In this document: positions 1 through 10,238 of the stretch, in pieces | Layout: every line of letters begins with the position of its first letter | Position numbering within the stretch: the stretch's first letter is position 1 | Origin: Bdellovibrionales bacterium | GTDB lineage: Bacteria; Bdellovibrionota; Bdellovibrionia; Bdellovibrionales; JAUICD01 | Assembly: GCA_965262715.1 (NCBI GenBank) | Contig: OZ253553.1 | Span: 192,001 to 256,000, forward strand | Reading direction: 5' to 3' | Length of the DNA stretch: 64,000 bases | Program-made: the position numbers and the translations under genes | The notes under the pieces: generated by a model | The model's database searches: none | What the model saw: the letters and a program-made list of their open reading frames with translations, nothing else | What the model was told of the DNA's origin: nothing

Positions 1-1032
1 TGCCACAGCTTTTTGCAAGGCCATACCCCCTGCAACAGAAACTTTATTTGTAGACCAATCTATTTTGGAGAAATTACGATGACTCATTAAGGCAATGAAA
101 AGTGTATTGACTCCTGTCATAACGGTAAACCGATGTTTGCAAAGCTCGTTAATAACACTAGAGATGTCTCTAGGGTTTGTGATAAGAATATTGCAACTTC
201 CAATTTTCATAAGTGCTAGACAATTCACCGTGAGTGAAAAAATATGATAGAGAGGCAATGCCGTGATGATTTGTTCTGTGCCCTCCCTTAATTGAGGTAT
301 GAGCCAAGCACCAATTTGCTCCATATTAGCCACAATATTTTTATGAGTCAGCATAGCACCTTTACTGATCCCTGTTGTACCGCCTGTATATTGTACAAAT
401 GCTAGATCATCTGCAGCAATCTCCTCACTTCTAATATTTAAAGCATGTACTTTACCTAATTCTAAAGCTTTTTTATAAGAAATAGCGCCTGGAATACTGT
501 ATGATGGTACAGATCGTTTTATATATTTAACAGCCGCATTAACAATTAGGTTTTTAGGAAAGGGCAAACAATCACCTGCTTCTGTGATAATGACATGTTC
601 TATTGATGTCTCTTCTAAAACCTCCTGAAGTTGAGAAGCAAAATGAGCTAAAATAATAATAGCTTTTGCCCCTGAATCATTAAATTGATGCTTCATTTCT
701 CTAGGAGTGTAAAGAGGGTTTGTATTTACAACTATTAACCCCGCGCGTAAGGCCCCAAAAATAGCAACAGGTGTTTGTAGAATATTAGGAAGCTGTATAG
801 CAATACGATCGTTTTTCTTTAATTTGAGATGATTCGTTAAAAAAGAAGCCATTTGATATGTAAAGCAATCTAGATCATTAAACGATAGAGTACTCCCCAT
901 ATTTTTAAAAGCGGGAAGAGTCCCAAATTTTGTACAAGTATTTTCGAAAACCTCTACTATATTTTGGAACTTAGAGGGGTCAATTTCCTCTGGTATATCT
1001 TTAGGGTAATTTTTAAGCCATGGCTTCTGCAT
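1..1032 (-). CDS. fadD: Long-chain-fatty-acid--CoA ligase, 3' part outside window
   Basis: Not in ORF track. Manual translation from ATG at 1032: MQKPWLKNYPKDIPEEID..., AMP-binding motif YTGGTTGISKGAMLTH, and AGGMALQKAVA at the window edge. Confidence 0.9.
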   Translation of the reverse strand, partial: MQKPWLKNYPKDIPEEIDPSKFQNIVEVFENTCTKFGTLPAFKNMGSTLSFNDLDCFTYQMASFLTNHLKLKKNDRIAIQLPNILQTPVAIFGALRAGLIVVNTNPLYTPREMKHQFNDSGAKAIIILAHFASQLQEVLEETSIEHVIITEAGDCLPFPKNLIVNAAVKYIKRSVPSYSIPGAISYKKALELGKVHALNIRSEEIAADDLAFVQYTGGTTGISKGAMLTHKNIVANMEQIGAWLIPQLREGTEQIITALPLYHIFSLTVNCLALMKIGSCNILITNPRDISSVINELCKHRFTVMTGVNTLFIALMSHRNFSKIDWSTNKVSVAGGMALQKAVA

Positions 1033-1090
1033 ATTTAATATCTTTTTACACCTTCTTAAAAAAGTCAAAGAAAGAGGTAGTTAAGAGGAA

Positions 1091-1228
1091 ATTTTCCTTA
1101 ACATTTTGTTAAAAAATGAGGAGTATCTTCTTCCTAAAAATAGTCAAGCTTTCTAGACAGTAAGCTACTTGCTGACAGTGCAGACTGTCAGAAAGTTGCC
1201 AGAGGCTAGACCATTTTTAGGGATACAG
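1091..1228 (-). repeat. Family A branched-hairpin repeat (internally deleted copy)
   Basis: Reverse complement CTGTATCCCTAAAAATGGTC..GCCTCTGGC..CTTTCT..CTAGAAAGC..TTTTTAGG..TGTTAAGGAAA matches the copy at 48769. Confidence 0.85.
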
Positions 1229-1230
1229 CA

Positions 1231-1343
1231 TCTCCCTACTCAAAATAAACGGATTTTTGAGGCAGTTAGCTATTTGCTGAAGGCGCGAGCCTTTAGGCTA
1301 ATTGCCCAAAAATGACCAGAGGTCAGTTTATTTTGAGTGATAC
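1231..1343 (-). repeat. Family A branched-hairpin repeat starting at the rpoN stop codon
   Basis: Outer stem ACTCAAAATAAAC/GTTTATTTTGAGT; closely matches 38134-38290 in reverse complement. Confidence 0.9.
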
Positions 1344-2791
1344 TAATCAAAGAACTTTTTACGTTTAGAAGAAGGTAAAATACCTAAAAGTTCTCTATAC
1401 TTCGCCACAGTACGTCTGGCGATTTTGATGCCACCTTGTTTGCTGAGAATGTCTATGATTTTTTGATCTGATAGTGGTGATCGGTGATTTTCTTCCTCAA
1501 CTAATTGCTTGATTTTTATTTTGACAGACTTACTAGATAAGTCTTTACCATCTGTTTTTATACTTGAACTGAAAAAGTATTTTAATTCAAAAATACCTTT
1601 TGGAGTGTGAACATATTTGTTTGTAGTCACACGACTCACTGTAGATTCATGCATGCTAATGTCACTTGCGATATCTTTTAAATTCATAGGAATAATATGA
1701 GAACTGCCTTTTTCAAAAAAGGCTTTTTGATGTTGTACAATACTTTCAGTAACTCGGCGAATGGTATCTTGTCTGCGATATATAGATTGTATAAGAAAGT
1801 TGGCCGATTTGATTTTTTGCTTAAGGTAATCCTGAGTCCCTTCATTTTTATTTCTTTCTAACTCTCTTCTATAATGGTTAGAAATTTTCAACTTGGGAAT
1901 ACCATCATCATTTAAAATAACTTCATATCTATCACCTATTTTATAGACATAAATATCTGGAACCACATGTTGTGCTTCTGTAGTCGAAAAAATACGACCT
2001 GGCTTAGGATCCATTTCTTCTAAAACTTTGCACATTTCTCTAATGTATTCTACTTTCTGTTTCATTACTTTAGCAAGGGCTACATAGTTTTTTTGTTCAA
2101 GATATTTTAAGTGATGACTGATCAGGGTTATCATGCTCTCAGTATTTTCCTGAAGTTGTCTGGCTTGTATCAAGAGACATTCTTTAAGATCTCTAGCTCC
2201 TACACCGGGAGGATCAAACTCTTGTAAAAAAGGCAGATGTTCTTCTAGATCCTTTAGTGGGATATTAGTTTCCTCAGCAATAGCATCTAAGGATTTTTCA
2301 ATATAACCATTCTCATCCACATAATCTACAAGCGTGCTTATTATTTCCACCTCTTCTTCATTAAATCCGGAAGTTTTTATTTGCCAAATGAGGTGATCAG
2401 AGAGGGTAGTTTTAACTGGAATCACATTCTCATAGTTCATGATTTCATCTTTACGACCAGCTTTCCTATATTCTCTTTGATTATGATAGGTATTGTCGTA
2501 GTAATGATCTAAATTAAAGTCATCGTGTTCATCCTTCCTAGGATCAGCTTCTTTTGATCCTATATCGCTTTCTTTCATTTCACGACGATCGCCCTCGTTC
2601 TTAATGGCAGAATCTTCTAAGTTCTCATGTATTTCTTCAAGAATAGGGTTTTCTATGATCTCTTTTTGAATGGTGTTTTCTAGCTCCATTCTTGACATCT
2701 GTAGTAATTTAATAGCCTGTTGAATCTGTGGTGTGATTCTTAAAGACTGTGTTTGAGAGATGTGAAGCCCTTGTTTAAAGTTTTGCGCCAT
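1343..2791 (-). CDS. rpoN: RNA polymerase sigma-54 factor
   Basis: N-terminal Q-rich region (LRITPQIQQAIKLLQ), HESTVSR HTH, RpoN box ARRTVAKYRE. Confidence 0.98.
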   Translation of the reverse strand: MAQNFKQGLHISQTQSLRITPQIQQAIKLLQMSRMELENTIQKEIIENPILEEIHENLEDSAIKNEGDRREMKESDIGSKEADPRKDEHDDFNLDHYYDNTYHNQREYRKAGRKDEIMNYENVIPVKTTLSDHLIWQIKTSGFNEEEVEIISTLVDYVDENGYIEKSLDAIAEETNIPLKDLEEHLPFLQEFDPPGVGARDLKECLLIQARQLQENTESMITLISHHLKYLEQKNYVALAKVMKQKVEYIREMCKVLEEMDPKPGRIFSTTEAQHVVPDIYVYKIGDRYEVILNDDGIPKLKISNHYRRELERNKNEGTQDYLKQKIKSANFLIQSIYRRQDTIRRVTESIVQHQKAFFEKGSSHIIPMNLKDIASDISMHESTVSRVTTNKYVHTPKGIFELKYFFSSSIKTDGKDLSSKSVKIKIKQLVEEENHRSPLSDQKIIDILSKQGGIKIARRTVAKYRELLGILPSSKRKKFFD

Positions 2792-3132
2792 ACACTTATT
2801 GCCCTTTTTATAGATATCGCTTATTTTACACTCTTTATGATCTATTGTAGTAATACTTCATAAACCATAAGCCTTTTGTATATTTTTAATCCATACTGTC
2901 TATAGACCTTTTGTTTATTAATTTTATGACTTTAGTGCTTTTTATCACTTGTGGTCTTAATATGGCTTACTATACTATCGGCTACATTGAGTTTATTTTT
3001 AAAAAATGTTGTCTAAAGTCTAAAATTATTATTTAAAAAAGAAGTTATTTTGTTATAAAATAAAATTAAATAGTAACCTTTATCTATATAATACAATTTA
3101 CTTTATATTTTTAAATTTAAGGAGGCTCCATT

Positions 3133-3936
3133 ATGGCTAAAACAAGAAAACAATCTAAGTCTAAGAAGGTAACACGAAAAACTTCTTCTAAAACAACGAC
3201 TAAAAAGAAAACAAAAGCAAAATTGCATCAAAAAAGCACTAAGAAGGCTGCTAAAAAAACTACAAGAAAGACAACTAAAAGAGCAGCAGCAAAAAAAACA
3301 GCTTCAAAAGCCTCTAAAAAGAAAGCAGCTAAGAAGAAAGTAACTAAAAAAAGGGTAGCTAAAAAGGCTAAAAATAAAGTTGTTAAGAAAAAGACAACAA
3401 AAAAACCCTCTTCCTTAGCAAAAAAATCTAGTAAAAAACCAAAAAAGTCCACTAAAAAAGTTGTTGCTAAAAAGACTGCTAAGAAAAAGACAGCAAAAAA
3501 AGTGTCTTCTAAAACCAAAAAAGTATCTCAAATTAAGAAACCAAAAGCAAAAAAGAAGGCACTGAAGAAAAAGCCTAAAAAGGTATCTCGAAAGCCATCT
3601 GTGCCTTCTTTAAAGGAAATTCAAGAAAATGCCGAAGCTCCTATAATTTCTAAAAATCCTTTAGCCATCGATGACAAAGTCAGTCATCATAAGACCTTTT
3701 CTGCTGAAGATGAAAAAGAGCTTTTATTACCTGATAATGGAATAAATGATGATGATGATATTGATATCGACTTAAAACATGATAATGGTAACAATGACTT
3801 TGATGATGATGATGATGATGATGATTTTGATGAACCAGAACCCTTAAAAGAAATCGATATTTCTCATGATGATGATATAGATGATGATGGCTTTATCGAT
3901 GATGATAAAGATGATGATGATACCAGTTTATTTTAA
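3133..3936 (+). CDS. Histone H1-like Lys/Ala-rich protein with Asp-rich C-terminal tail
   Basis: About 155 aa of KKTAKK-type repeats, then poly-Asp; SD AAGGAGG upstream. Confidence 0.75.
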   Translation: MAKTRKQSKSKKVTRKTSSKTTTKKKTKAKLHQKSTKKAAKKTTRKTTKRAAAKKTASKASKKKAAKKKVTKKRVAKKAKNKVVKKKTTKKPSSLAKKSSKKPKKSTKKVVAKKTAKKKTAKKVSSKTKKVSQIKKPKAKKKALKKKPKKVSRKPSVPSLKEIQENAEAPIISKNPLAIDDKVSHHKTFSAEDEKELLLPDNGINDDDDIDIDLKHDNGNNDFDDDDDDDDFDEPEPLKEIDISHDDDIDDDGFIDDDKDDDDTSLF

Positions 3937-3948
3937 TTAATTTCATAA

Positions 3949-4150
3949 CTAAGAGCTGTTGCCATTTCGAGATAAGACATTGAAGTTACAAACTATATCT
4001 TATTAAGCCTTTATTTTAACCCGGCAATCTGGCAATAGCTCCTGGAAACAGTCTTCCGGGTTACCTGATTGTCATATCCCGGAATAATGGTGATTTCCTA
4101 TTTTAACTTGCAAGAACAAAATACAAACTTTATTTTTGAGATAGCCTCTA
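3949..4150. mobile_element. MITE-like relic downstream of tRNA-Ser
   Basis: Left end TAAGAGCTGTTGCCATTTCGAGATAAG matches 15762; internal CCGGCAATC-type units; right end TTATTTTTGAGATAGCCTCTA matches 42897-42915 and 46985-47001. Confidence 0.55.
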
Positions 4151-4177
4151 ATTATTTACTAGAGACTTGATTTTATA

Positions 4178-4265
4178 TGGCGGAGAGAGAGGGATTCGAA
4201 CCCTCGAAGCGTTTCCGCTTGCCGGTTTTCAAGACCGGTGCTTTCAACCGCTCAGCCATCTCTCC
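4178..4265 (-). tRNA. tRNA-Ser (TGA)
   Basis: Reverse complement GGAGAGATGGCTGAGCGG..CCGGT-CT-TGA-AA-ACCGG, long variable arm, GGTTCGAATCC, ends CCA. Confidence 0.97.
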
Positions 4266-4376
4266 ATTAACCACTTTACTGATTTTACATAAGAAATCAA
4301 ACAGAAATTCAGCCATCAGAGCACTTAAACCTGCAGAGCTGCAATGGTTAGAAGTTATCTCAAAATGCTTATAATT

Positions 4377-4571
4377 TTATTTATCGTTGTTGGTTTTTGC
4401 TTCTAAAATCACATCTTGCAATTCTGAAATAAGTAGGTCGCGAATGTGATCTAATGTGACATCTTCCTTAGAAAGATTAGCCTTTTTTAATAATCTCTCT
4501 AGTTCAGAACTTACAAGATGTTCTGGTAAATCTGTATGCTCAACGAGCGTTTTAAATACATCAGATGTCAT
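4377..4571 (-). CDS. Small hypothetical protein
   Basis: 64-aa helical ORF with GAGG SD-like sequence upstream, co-oriented with the tRNA. Confidence 0.65.
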   Translation of the reverse strand: MTSDVFKTLVEHTDLPEHLVSSELERLLKKANLSKEDVTLDHIRDLLISELQDVILEAKTNNDK

Positions 4572-4802
4572 AATTCAAATCGAGCCTCAAAGATAATTTT
4601 AGGAAATAGTGCTACTAGAACGAAGATGTCTGTATCTTTTAACGCTAAAACTAGACAGATGTTTTGTTTTCTTAAGTTTAAAAATAGTCGTAATGATTTA
4701 AATAAAATTTTTATGTAGACATTTTGGTTTTGTTCTAGTTTAATTCGAATCGCATTTCATAATTTTTTATAGATAGTCATTTCAAGTAAGAAGGAGAAAG
4801 TA

Positions 4803-5348
4803 ATGGCACTTACTTACACACCACCTGTAAAAATGGACACCCCTTGTCCAGATTTTAATCTTTTAGGTATGGATAACAAATGGCACTGTCTGAAAGACTT
4901 TCAAGGCAGAGGGCTTATTGTCATGTTCATTTGCAATCACTGCCCCTATGTTCAAGCTGTAGAAAATAGACTGATTGAACTTTATAAAAAAGCCCTAACT
5001 TTAGGCTTTCAAACCATTGGTATCTGCGCTAACGATGCGGATGGTTACCCTGAAGACTCTTATAATAACCTTCAAAAGTGCTGGAAAGAAAAAAATTATA
5101 AATTCCCTTACCTACATGATCCTTCTCAAGAGGTTGCAAAGGCATTTAAAGCTGTCTGTACACCTGATTTTTTTGTCTATGATGAACATCACCTTTTAAA
5201 ATATAGAGGAAGGTTAGATGACTCATGGAAAGACCCAGATAAAGTCACTCAAACTGAACTTTTAGATGCCGTTGAACAAATTGCAAATAACAAACCTGTA
5301 AATCCTCAACAAGAACCTTCTATGGGATGTTCTATAAAGTGGACATAA
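4803..5348 (+). CDS. Thioredoxin-fold AhpC/TSA (PRX-like) protein
   Basis: FICNHCPYV, ACTPDFF-like motif, YRGRLDD, C-terminal SMGCSIKW. Confidence 0.92.
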   Translation: MALTYTPPVKMDTPCPDFNLLGMDNKWHCLKDFQGRGLIVMFICNHCPYVQAVENRLIELYKKALTLGFQTIGICANDADGYPEDSYNNLQKCWKEKNYKFPYLHDPSQEVAKAFKAVCTPDFFVYDEHHLLKYRGRLDDSWKDPDKVTQTELLDAVEQIANNKPVNPQQEPSMGCSIKWT

Positions 5349-5350
5349 AA

Positions 5351-5378
5351 AAACAGACCCTTATGTAAGGGTCTGTTT
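5351..5378. terminator. Probable bidirectional intrinsic terminator
   Basis: Perfect inverted repeat AAACAGACCCTTA-TG-TAAGGGTCTGTTT between convergent genes. Confidence 0.75.
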
Positions 5379-5409
5379 ATATACCTAAATGTTATTTAGC
5401 CAATATCAT

Positions 5410-6555
5410 TTACCAGTTCGGATTATCAAGAATGCGGTTGGTAGGTTCATTGTCCGCAAGGTATTGTCCGATAAAATTAAGTAGCTGCTGCATTGCTCTA
5501 AGTGCCTCTTCTGTAAACTCTGCCTCATCATTATCGTATGAGAGATAGATCCCTATAGCTATTGGAGCAAGTATTCCAGCAGTAATAGTACCTGCAACAC
5601 CTGCACCAGTTGTGGCAAGAGCTCTCCTAAACCATCGCGAGAAAAAGCCTCTAGTTCCACCTAATCGACCCATTTTTATCGTTGCTACTTTTCCACTAAA
5701 ATCTCTAGGAATTTCGTACTTTGATATACGGGTAATTAAGCTTTTAGTAACCTCTGAATTTCCCCTTGTTGCATAGGTCGATGGAGGGCCACATGAGCTA
5801 CGGAATGCAAACCATCCTACGAGTCTTGCAGGATCCGTGCACTGGTAAACTGTTACAGTGTACCCTTTATCCCTAAAAAGTAAGAGAAGATGCTTTTTAG
5901 GATCACTAGCGTGAGCAATAATTATTCTACTTTGTCTCCCATTCACTGTGCTTATGTTAAGCCCAGATACAAGAGTGTCCTGTCGGGCTATAACATTTAA
6001 AAATCTTGCATTTGCACTAAGTCCAGAATCCACATCATCTATGATAGATGTCCAGTGATGTTCAGGAGCTGGTGGTGTAGCGGCGGGAGCTGGTGGTGTA
6101 GCGGGAGCTGGTGGTGTAGCGGGAGCTGGTGGTGTAGCGGCGGGAGCTGCAGCTGCAGGTGACCGAGCTGCGCGTGGTAGAGGAGGGTCTTCTGCCGTTG
6201 CAGGAGTTAGGTCAAGGTCTGCTGCTGCGCTAGCTGGTCTAGCAGCATCAGCAGCCTCTGCTACTGTGCTTGCTGCCCCATCCTTAACATCGTTAAGAAT
6301 ACCACCTAAGCCTAAAAGGGAGGTGGTGCTAAACGATACCCTATATCCTCCATTGTCTGTGCGTTCTGCATTTTCTAAAAGCTCTATTAAAGCCTCTATT
6401 ATGCTTAAATCTTCTTGTCTATATATATCCATATCCTCTTCTAATTCCCATGATAGAGGGTCTTCAGTATTATCATTATCAAATACATTATTTGCTTGTG
6501 ATAAAATAGGATGAAACATTAGAGAGATAAATAAAACACTTATTGCAAACTTCAT
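5410..6555 (-). CDS. Secreted hypothetical protein with Pro/Ala tandem repeats and a C-terminal hydrophobic segment
   Basis: Signal peptide MKFAISVLF..SQA, PA(A)TPPA repeats, SD AGGAGG. Confidence 0.75.
   Translation of the reverse strand: MKFAISVLFISLMFHPILSQANNVFDNDNTEDPLSWELEEDMDIYRQEDLSIIEALIELLENAERTDNGGYRVSFSTTSLLGLGGILNDVKDGAASTVAEAADAARPASAAADLDLTPATAEDPPLPRAARSPAAAAPAATPPAPATPPAPATPPAPAATPPAPEHHWTSIIDDVDSGLSANARFLNVIARQDTLVSGLNISTVNGRQSRIIIAHASDPKKHLLLLFRDKGYTVTVYQCTDPARLVGWFAFRSSCGPPSTYATRGNSEVTKSLITRISKYEIPRDFSGKVATIKMGRLGGTRGFFSRWFRRALATTGAGVAGTITAGILAPIAIGIYLSYDNDEAEFTEEALRAMQQLLNFIGQYLADNEPTNRILDNPNW
6065..6149. repeat. In-frame 18/21-bp tandem repeat (4 units)
   Basis: GGAGCTGGTGGTGTAGCG(GCG) x4. 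Confidence 0.9.
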
Positions 6556-7089
6556 GTGAACCTCCTTGCTTAGGTTACATTTAATAATAAATTATGTAAT
6601 AAAGTAACTTTATACTTTTTAAGTTGAAAAATAACTGACTAACAACTAGGTTTATATTTATTCTATTTCTTACTTTTATCTTTTTTAGATTTACTATCAG
6701 TCGTTATAAATATCAACCACCTTATTTTTAATTTAAACTCTCTTTTAAATTCTACAAACCTTTCTATGGGTCAAAAAGCAATAATGCACTGCATAATCCA
6801 TTTTACTCACTCCTAAAAACCCAATAACGCTAAGCTTTCATCAAAATAAGATATAAGTATTTAATATCAAAGGTATCAAATATAATTAACATTGTTGTTT
6901 TGGCATAAATACATCCTCTTGTTTCTTTTATTAACTACAATAAAAGCGCAAAATGCTATTTTTTACCTTGAAAAATTTGTTACTGAAGTCCTTTGTGGTA
7001 CAATAATAGCGATTTGCTATTTTAAATTTTAACTCGAATTGTAAAATACAAAACTTTACTTTCTGAAATGGCTTCAAGTAAGTAACAGT

Positions 7090-7857
7090 ATGAACAAATA
7101 TAAATCTGATATAACTGGTAAAGCCAAACTAAAATGTATGCAACCTGTAGGCAAAATAGTAAAAAGATGGGCAGATGATTTAAATATCAATGCACAGTAC
7201 TTTGAAACAATAGAAAGCACAAATGGCTATGCTAAAAAGAGCAATGCCTCACTTGTGATAACAGATGATCAAACCTGCGGACGTGGTAGAGGTAACAATC
7301 AATGGATTTGCCCTCGATACGGAGATGGCTTTCTAACAACATGGATATTCACTATATCTGATTCAGTTCAACCTATCTTCTCCCCTCTTGTGGGCTTAGC
7401 TCTCTATAGAGCACTTTGCAAAACATGGAAACTTAATGATACTTTAAGCCTCAAAGCTCCTAATGACATCTATTTGGACAATGGAAAATTAGCAGGTATT
7501 CTCATTGAAACCATCAATCAGTCAAAAAAAACAAAAGTGCTTATTGGTATAGGCGTTAATATATTTTCTCATCCTCAAAGTCTTAAAGAAGGGGTAAGCG
7601 CAACCAGTTTAGCAGCACACCATTTACCTTTAGATGAAACCTATATTAGAAATTTTACATCTTATTTATGGCAGGAATTATACACAAGCCCCCATTCTGC
7701 CTTATTAGAATCTTCAGCTTCTCATATAACTCCTTCTAAAAGAGAAGACATCAAAACAGCTCTTAATAAATACCCTAGCAAAATATATTATCAAAATGTA
7801 TTACCTGATGGTTCTTTAGAAACATCATCTGGTATTATTCCTTGGCAAGATCTTTAA
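7090..7857 (+). CDS. birA: Biotin--protein ligase (no HTH domain)
   Basis: ESTN, QTCGRGRGNNQW, LKAPNDI, KLAGILIE, IGIGVN motifs. Confidence 0.9.
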   Translation: MNKYKSDITGKAKLKCMQPVGKIVKRWADDLNINAQYFETIESTNGYAKKSNASLVITDDQTCGRGRGNNQWICPRYGDGFLTTWIFTISDSVQPIFSPLVGLALYRALCKTWKLNDTLSLKAPNDIYLDNGKLAGILIETINQSKKTKVLIGIGVNIFSHPQSLKEGVSATSLAAHHLPLDETYIRNFTSYLWQELYTSPHSALLESSASHITPSKREDIKTALNKYPSKIYYQNVLPDGSLETSSGIIPWQDL

Positions 7858-8032
7858 TTTGAACTCATAGCTCTATACTATAACCTTCAGATGACTTCGG
7901 CGTTTGGTATAAGACTAATTTATTAACTTTATAAGTAATTTAACTTAAAAGTGTATATGTATTGACTCAGTGATAGTGCTTCACTTAAAGAAAGATTAAA
8001 ACTTACCCTCAAGTAGGGAGGAGAAATTACCT

Positions 8033-8800
8033 ATGAAGTATTTATCCAGCTTAACAATAATGATGCTTGTCTACATTTCTTTTCATCAAGTAGCTGCGCA
8101 GACAACAGACATATGCAGTCCTTCATGGTGGCAACAGCTTATACAAAACAATACTTCTATAAACGAGGATGATATAAACCTTAACGACCTGCATAGAACG
8201 TGCGATCAGGATGGAAACACACCTCTAATGATTGCATACATCGAAGGTGTAGGTGATGAGATAGTAACCAGGACTCTTAACCTAGCTGTTAGAAATACTA
8301 TAGAAGAACTTTTCTCTATAGCAAATACTCATGGAAAGAGTTTTGCACAAATGTTTTTAGAAAGGCATGAACCAGACTCTAAGGTCTTTTTGCGTGTGAG
8401 TGTTCAGCTTATGATTAGAAGGTCAGAAGAAGCTTATCTGCATCCTTCTCCTTTTTTTGGAGATATATGCGATACCTCATGGTGGCAACAACTTGAATCA
8501 GAAGATAATATTCCTATTGAAGATATACGGAGCATAAACATCGACGATCTATTTAGCAGAGGTTGCAATGATGGAGATACACCTTTGATAACAGCTCTTA
8601 GAGCAAACATAACTGATGCAATCATCATAAACATTCTTGAAATGGCTACTCTAAATGCTATAAGAGAGCTTTTCAATACAGAAAATGTTCGTGGAGATAC
8701 TCTTCGAACAATTTTTTTAAGAGAACATAATCCAGGAGCTGGGCTTTTTTATATCGTACATACTCATTACAGCACAAACCGAGAAGAATTAATGAACTAG
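8033..8800 (+). CDS. Secreted protein with a duplicated ankyrin-like module
   Basis: Signal peptide; two copies of DICxxSWWQQL...C..GxTPLxxA...IxELF. Confidence 0.7.
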   Translation: MKYLSSLTIMMLVYISFHQVAAQTTDICSPSWWQQLIQNNTSINEDDINLNDLHRTCDQDGNTPLMIAYIEGVGDEIVTRTLNLAVRNTIEELFSIANTHGKSFAQMFLERHEPDSKVFLRVSVQLMIRRSEEAYLHPSPFFGDICDTSWWQQLESEDNIPIEDIRSINIDDLFSRGCNDGDTPLITALRANITDAIIINILEMATLNAIRELFNTENVRGDTLRTIFLREHNPGAGLFYIVHTHYSTNREELMN

Positions 8801-8832
8801 ACTCATTAATTAAGTGGTTTATTAAGTAGGCA

Positions 8833-9978
8833 ATGAAAAGAAGGTATAGAAGATATATGAAAAGAAAGTGGTATTTTATAAGGTTTGTGTTTTTAGGTTT
8901 TATTTTGAGTTCAACAGAAGGACTTTCTCAACGAACTTTAACTTCATACAATTTAGAATATATGTCTAGTTGCTACGACCGCTTGACTATGCCTTACACA
9001 GCTGTTGTAGACACACATTTGCATTTTCGCCCTTTTGCTGTCAGTGCAGCTCCTCCATTTGAAGAAGTGGTGCAATACCTTAGAGATGCAGGTGTGCTTT
9101 TTGCAAATATTTATGGGATTGGCCAAGTATTGCCGGCCACTTCATCTTGTGCAGACCTTACTTCATGTGTAAGCATACCTATCAGACCCAGCTTTCGAAA
9201 CGACATACTCAATGCTGAAAATTTAACAAAATGGAGAATATCAAATCAAACAAATGGAAATCGAAACGTTCATTTTGTCTTAGCTATGACATTTCCTGAT
9301 CTATCAGACCCTTCTTCAGTGTTATCTGGAATCCATCTTTTAGACAGAGAATATTCACAAAGGTTATTTCGCTGGATGGGTGAAGTGAATTTAGTAAAAG
9401 AGTTTCTTTTTAATCGTGGGATGGAAGCTGTTCCAAAATCTAAAGTCCCTGAATGGCAGCCCTTTATGACTGTTCTGCGAGAAAGAAATATTCCGTTAGC
9501 AATTCACTCTGATTTAGGCAATGACAATGACCCTACAAAATATATCTCTTGGATGGAAGAAGTCTTACAGTTATATCCAGACAATAAAATTGTTTGGATG
9601 CATGCAGGAATATCTATAAGATTAACCAAAATGGATGTAGATCAGCATATTGAAGTGCTCAGCTCCTTTTTAGATAGGTTTCCTCACCTCATGCTTGATT
9701 TTTCATGGTATATTCTTAATGATTATTATTTGTCTCCCAACGAAATTAATCAAACTAAGTATGTAGATTTCATCAATCAATATTCTACACGTATTTTACC
9801 AGGCACAGATTTTATAGCTACCAACAAAAGAGATTTTAGTTCCTACTTAAAAGAACTTGAACTAACAAGTTGGATTTACCAGTATGTCAGTGACGAAGCT
9901 TTTAGAAATATTGCCTTAGGGCAGAATTATTTTCGATTTACAAACTTATCATTTCGAGCTCCACGCATCTGCCAATAA
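8833..9978 (+). CDS. Amidohydrolase-family metalloenzyme, probably exported
   Basis: VVDTHLHFRPF, WMGEVNL, IHSD, WMHAG, PGTDF motifs. Confidence 0.8.
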   Translation: MKRRYRRYMKRKWYFIRFVFLGFILSSTEGLSQRTLTSYNLEYMSSCYDRLTMPYTAVVDTHLHFRPFAVSAAPPFEEVVQYLRDAGVLFANIYGIGQVLPATSSCADLTSCVSIPIRPSFRNDILNAENLTKWRISNQTNGNRNVHFVLAMTFPDLSDPSSVLSGIHLLDREYSQRLFRWMGEVNLVKEFLFNRGMEAVPKSKVPEWQPFMTVLRERNIPLAIHSDLGNDNDPTKYISWMEEVLQLYPDNKIVWMHAGISIRLTKMDVDQHIEVLSSFLDRFPHLMLDFSWYILNDYYLSPNEINQTKYVDFINQYSTRILPGTDFIATNKRDFSSYLKELELTSWIYQYVSDEAFRNIALGQNYFRFTNLSFRAPRICQ

Positions 9979-10238
9979 CTAAGTGATCTCTTTTATTTCT
10001 CTTACTTTTTTTATTTGCTATTGACTTTTGCAAAAGAGTATGGTTTAAGAAACAACAACAGCAAAAAGATTATACAAATGGAGTTATAACAAAAACATTA
10101 CTTTCTAAGGGTCAACCACTTTCTTATTTTATTGATCTTATTCAAGTACAAGCCTGATATCTATGTACCTCTGAGCCTATCTAATTCTTTATAAGCTTTC
10201 GTTTTTTTATAATTATTTAAAATTGAAAGAGGTGTACT

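Noticed and set aside
3228..3518. Hydrophobic antisense ORF (likewise 11368, 16671, 36791, 40085, 54390, 56621 and similar)
   Set aside because: Shadow ORFs of low-complexity or well-supported genes on the other strand
3949..4178. Prophage or island integrated at tRNA-Ser
   Set aside because: No integrase, and no duplicated tRNA 3' end was found in the window
4177..4374. [13 protein letters not shown]...
   Set aside because: Antisense translation of tRNA-Ser
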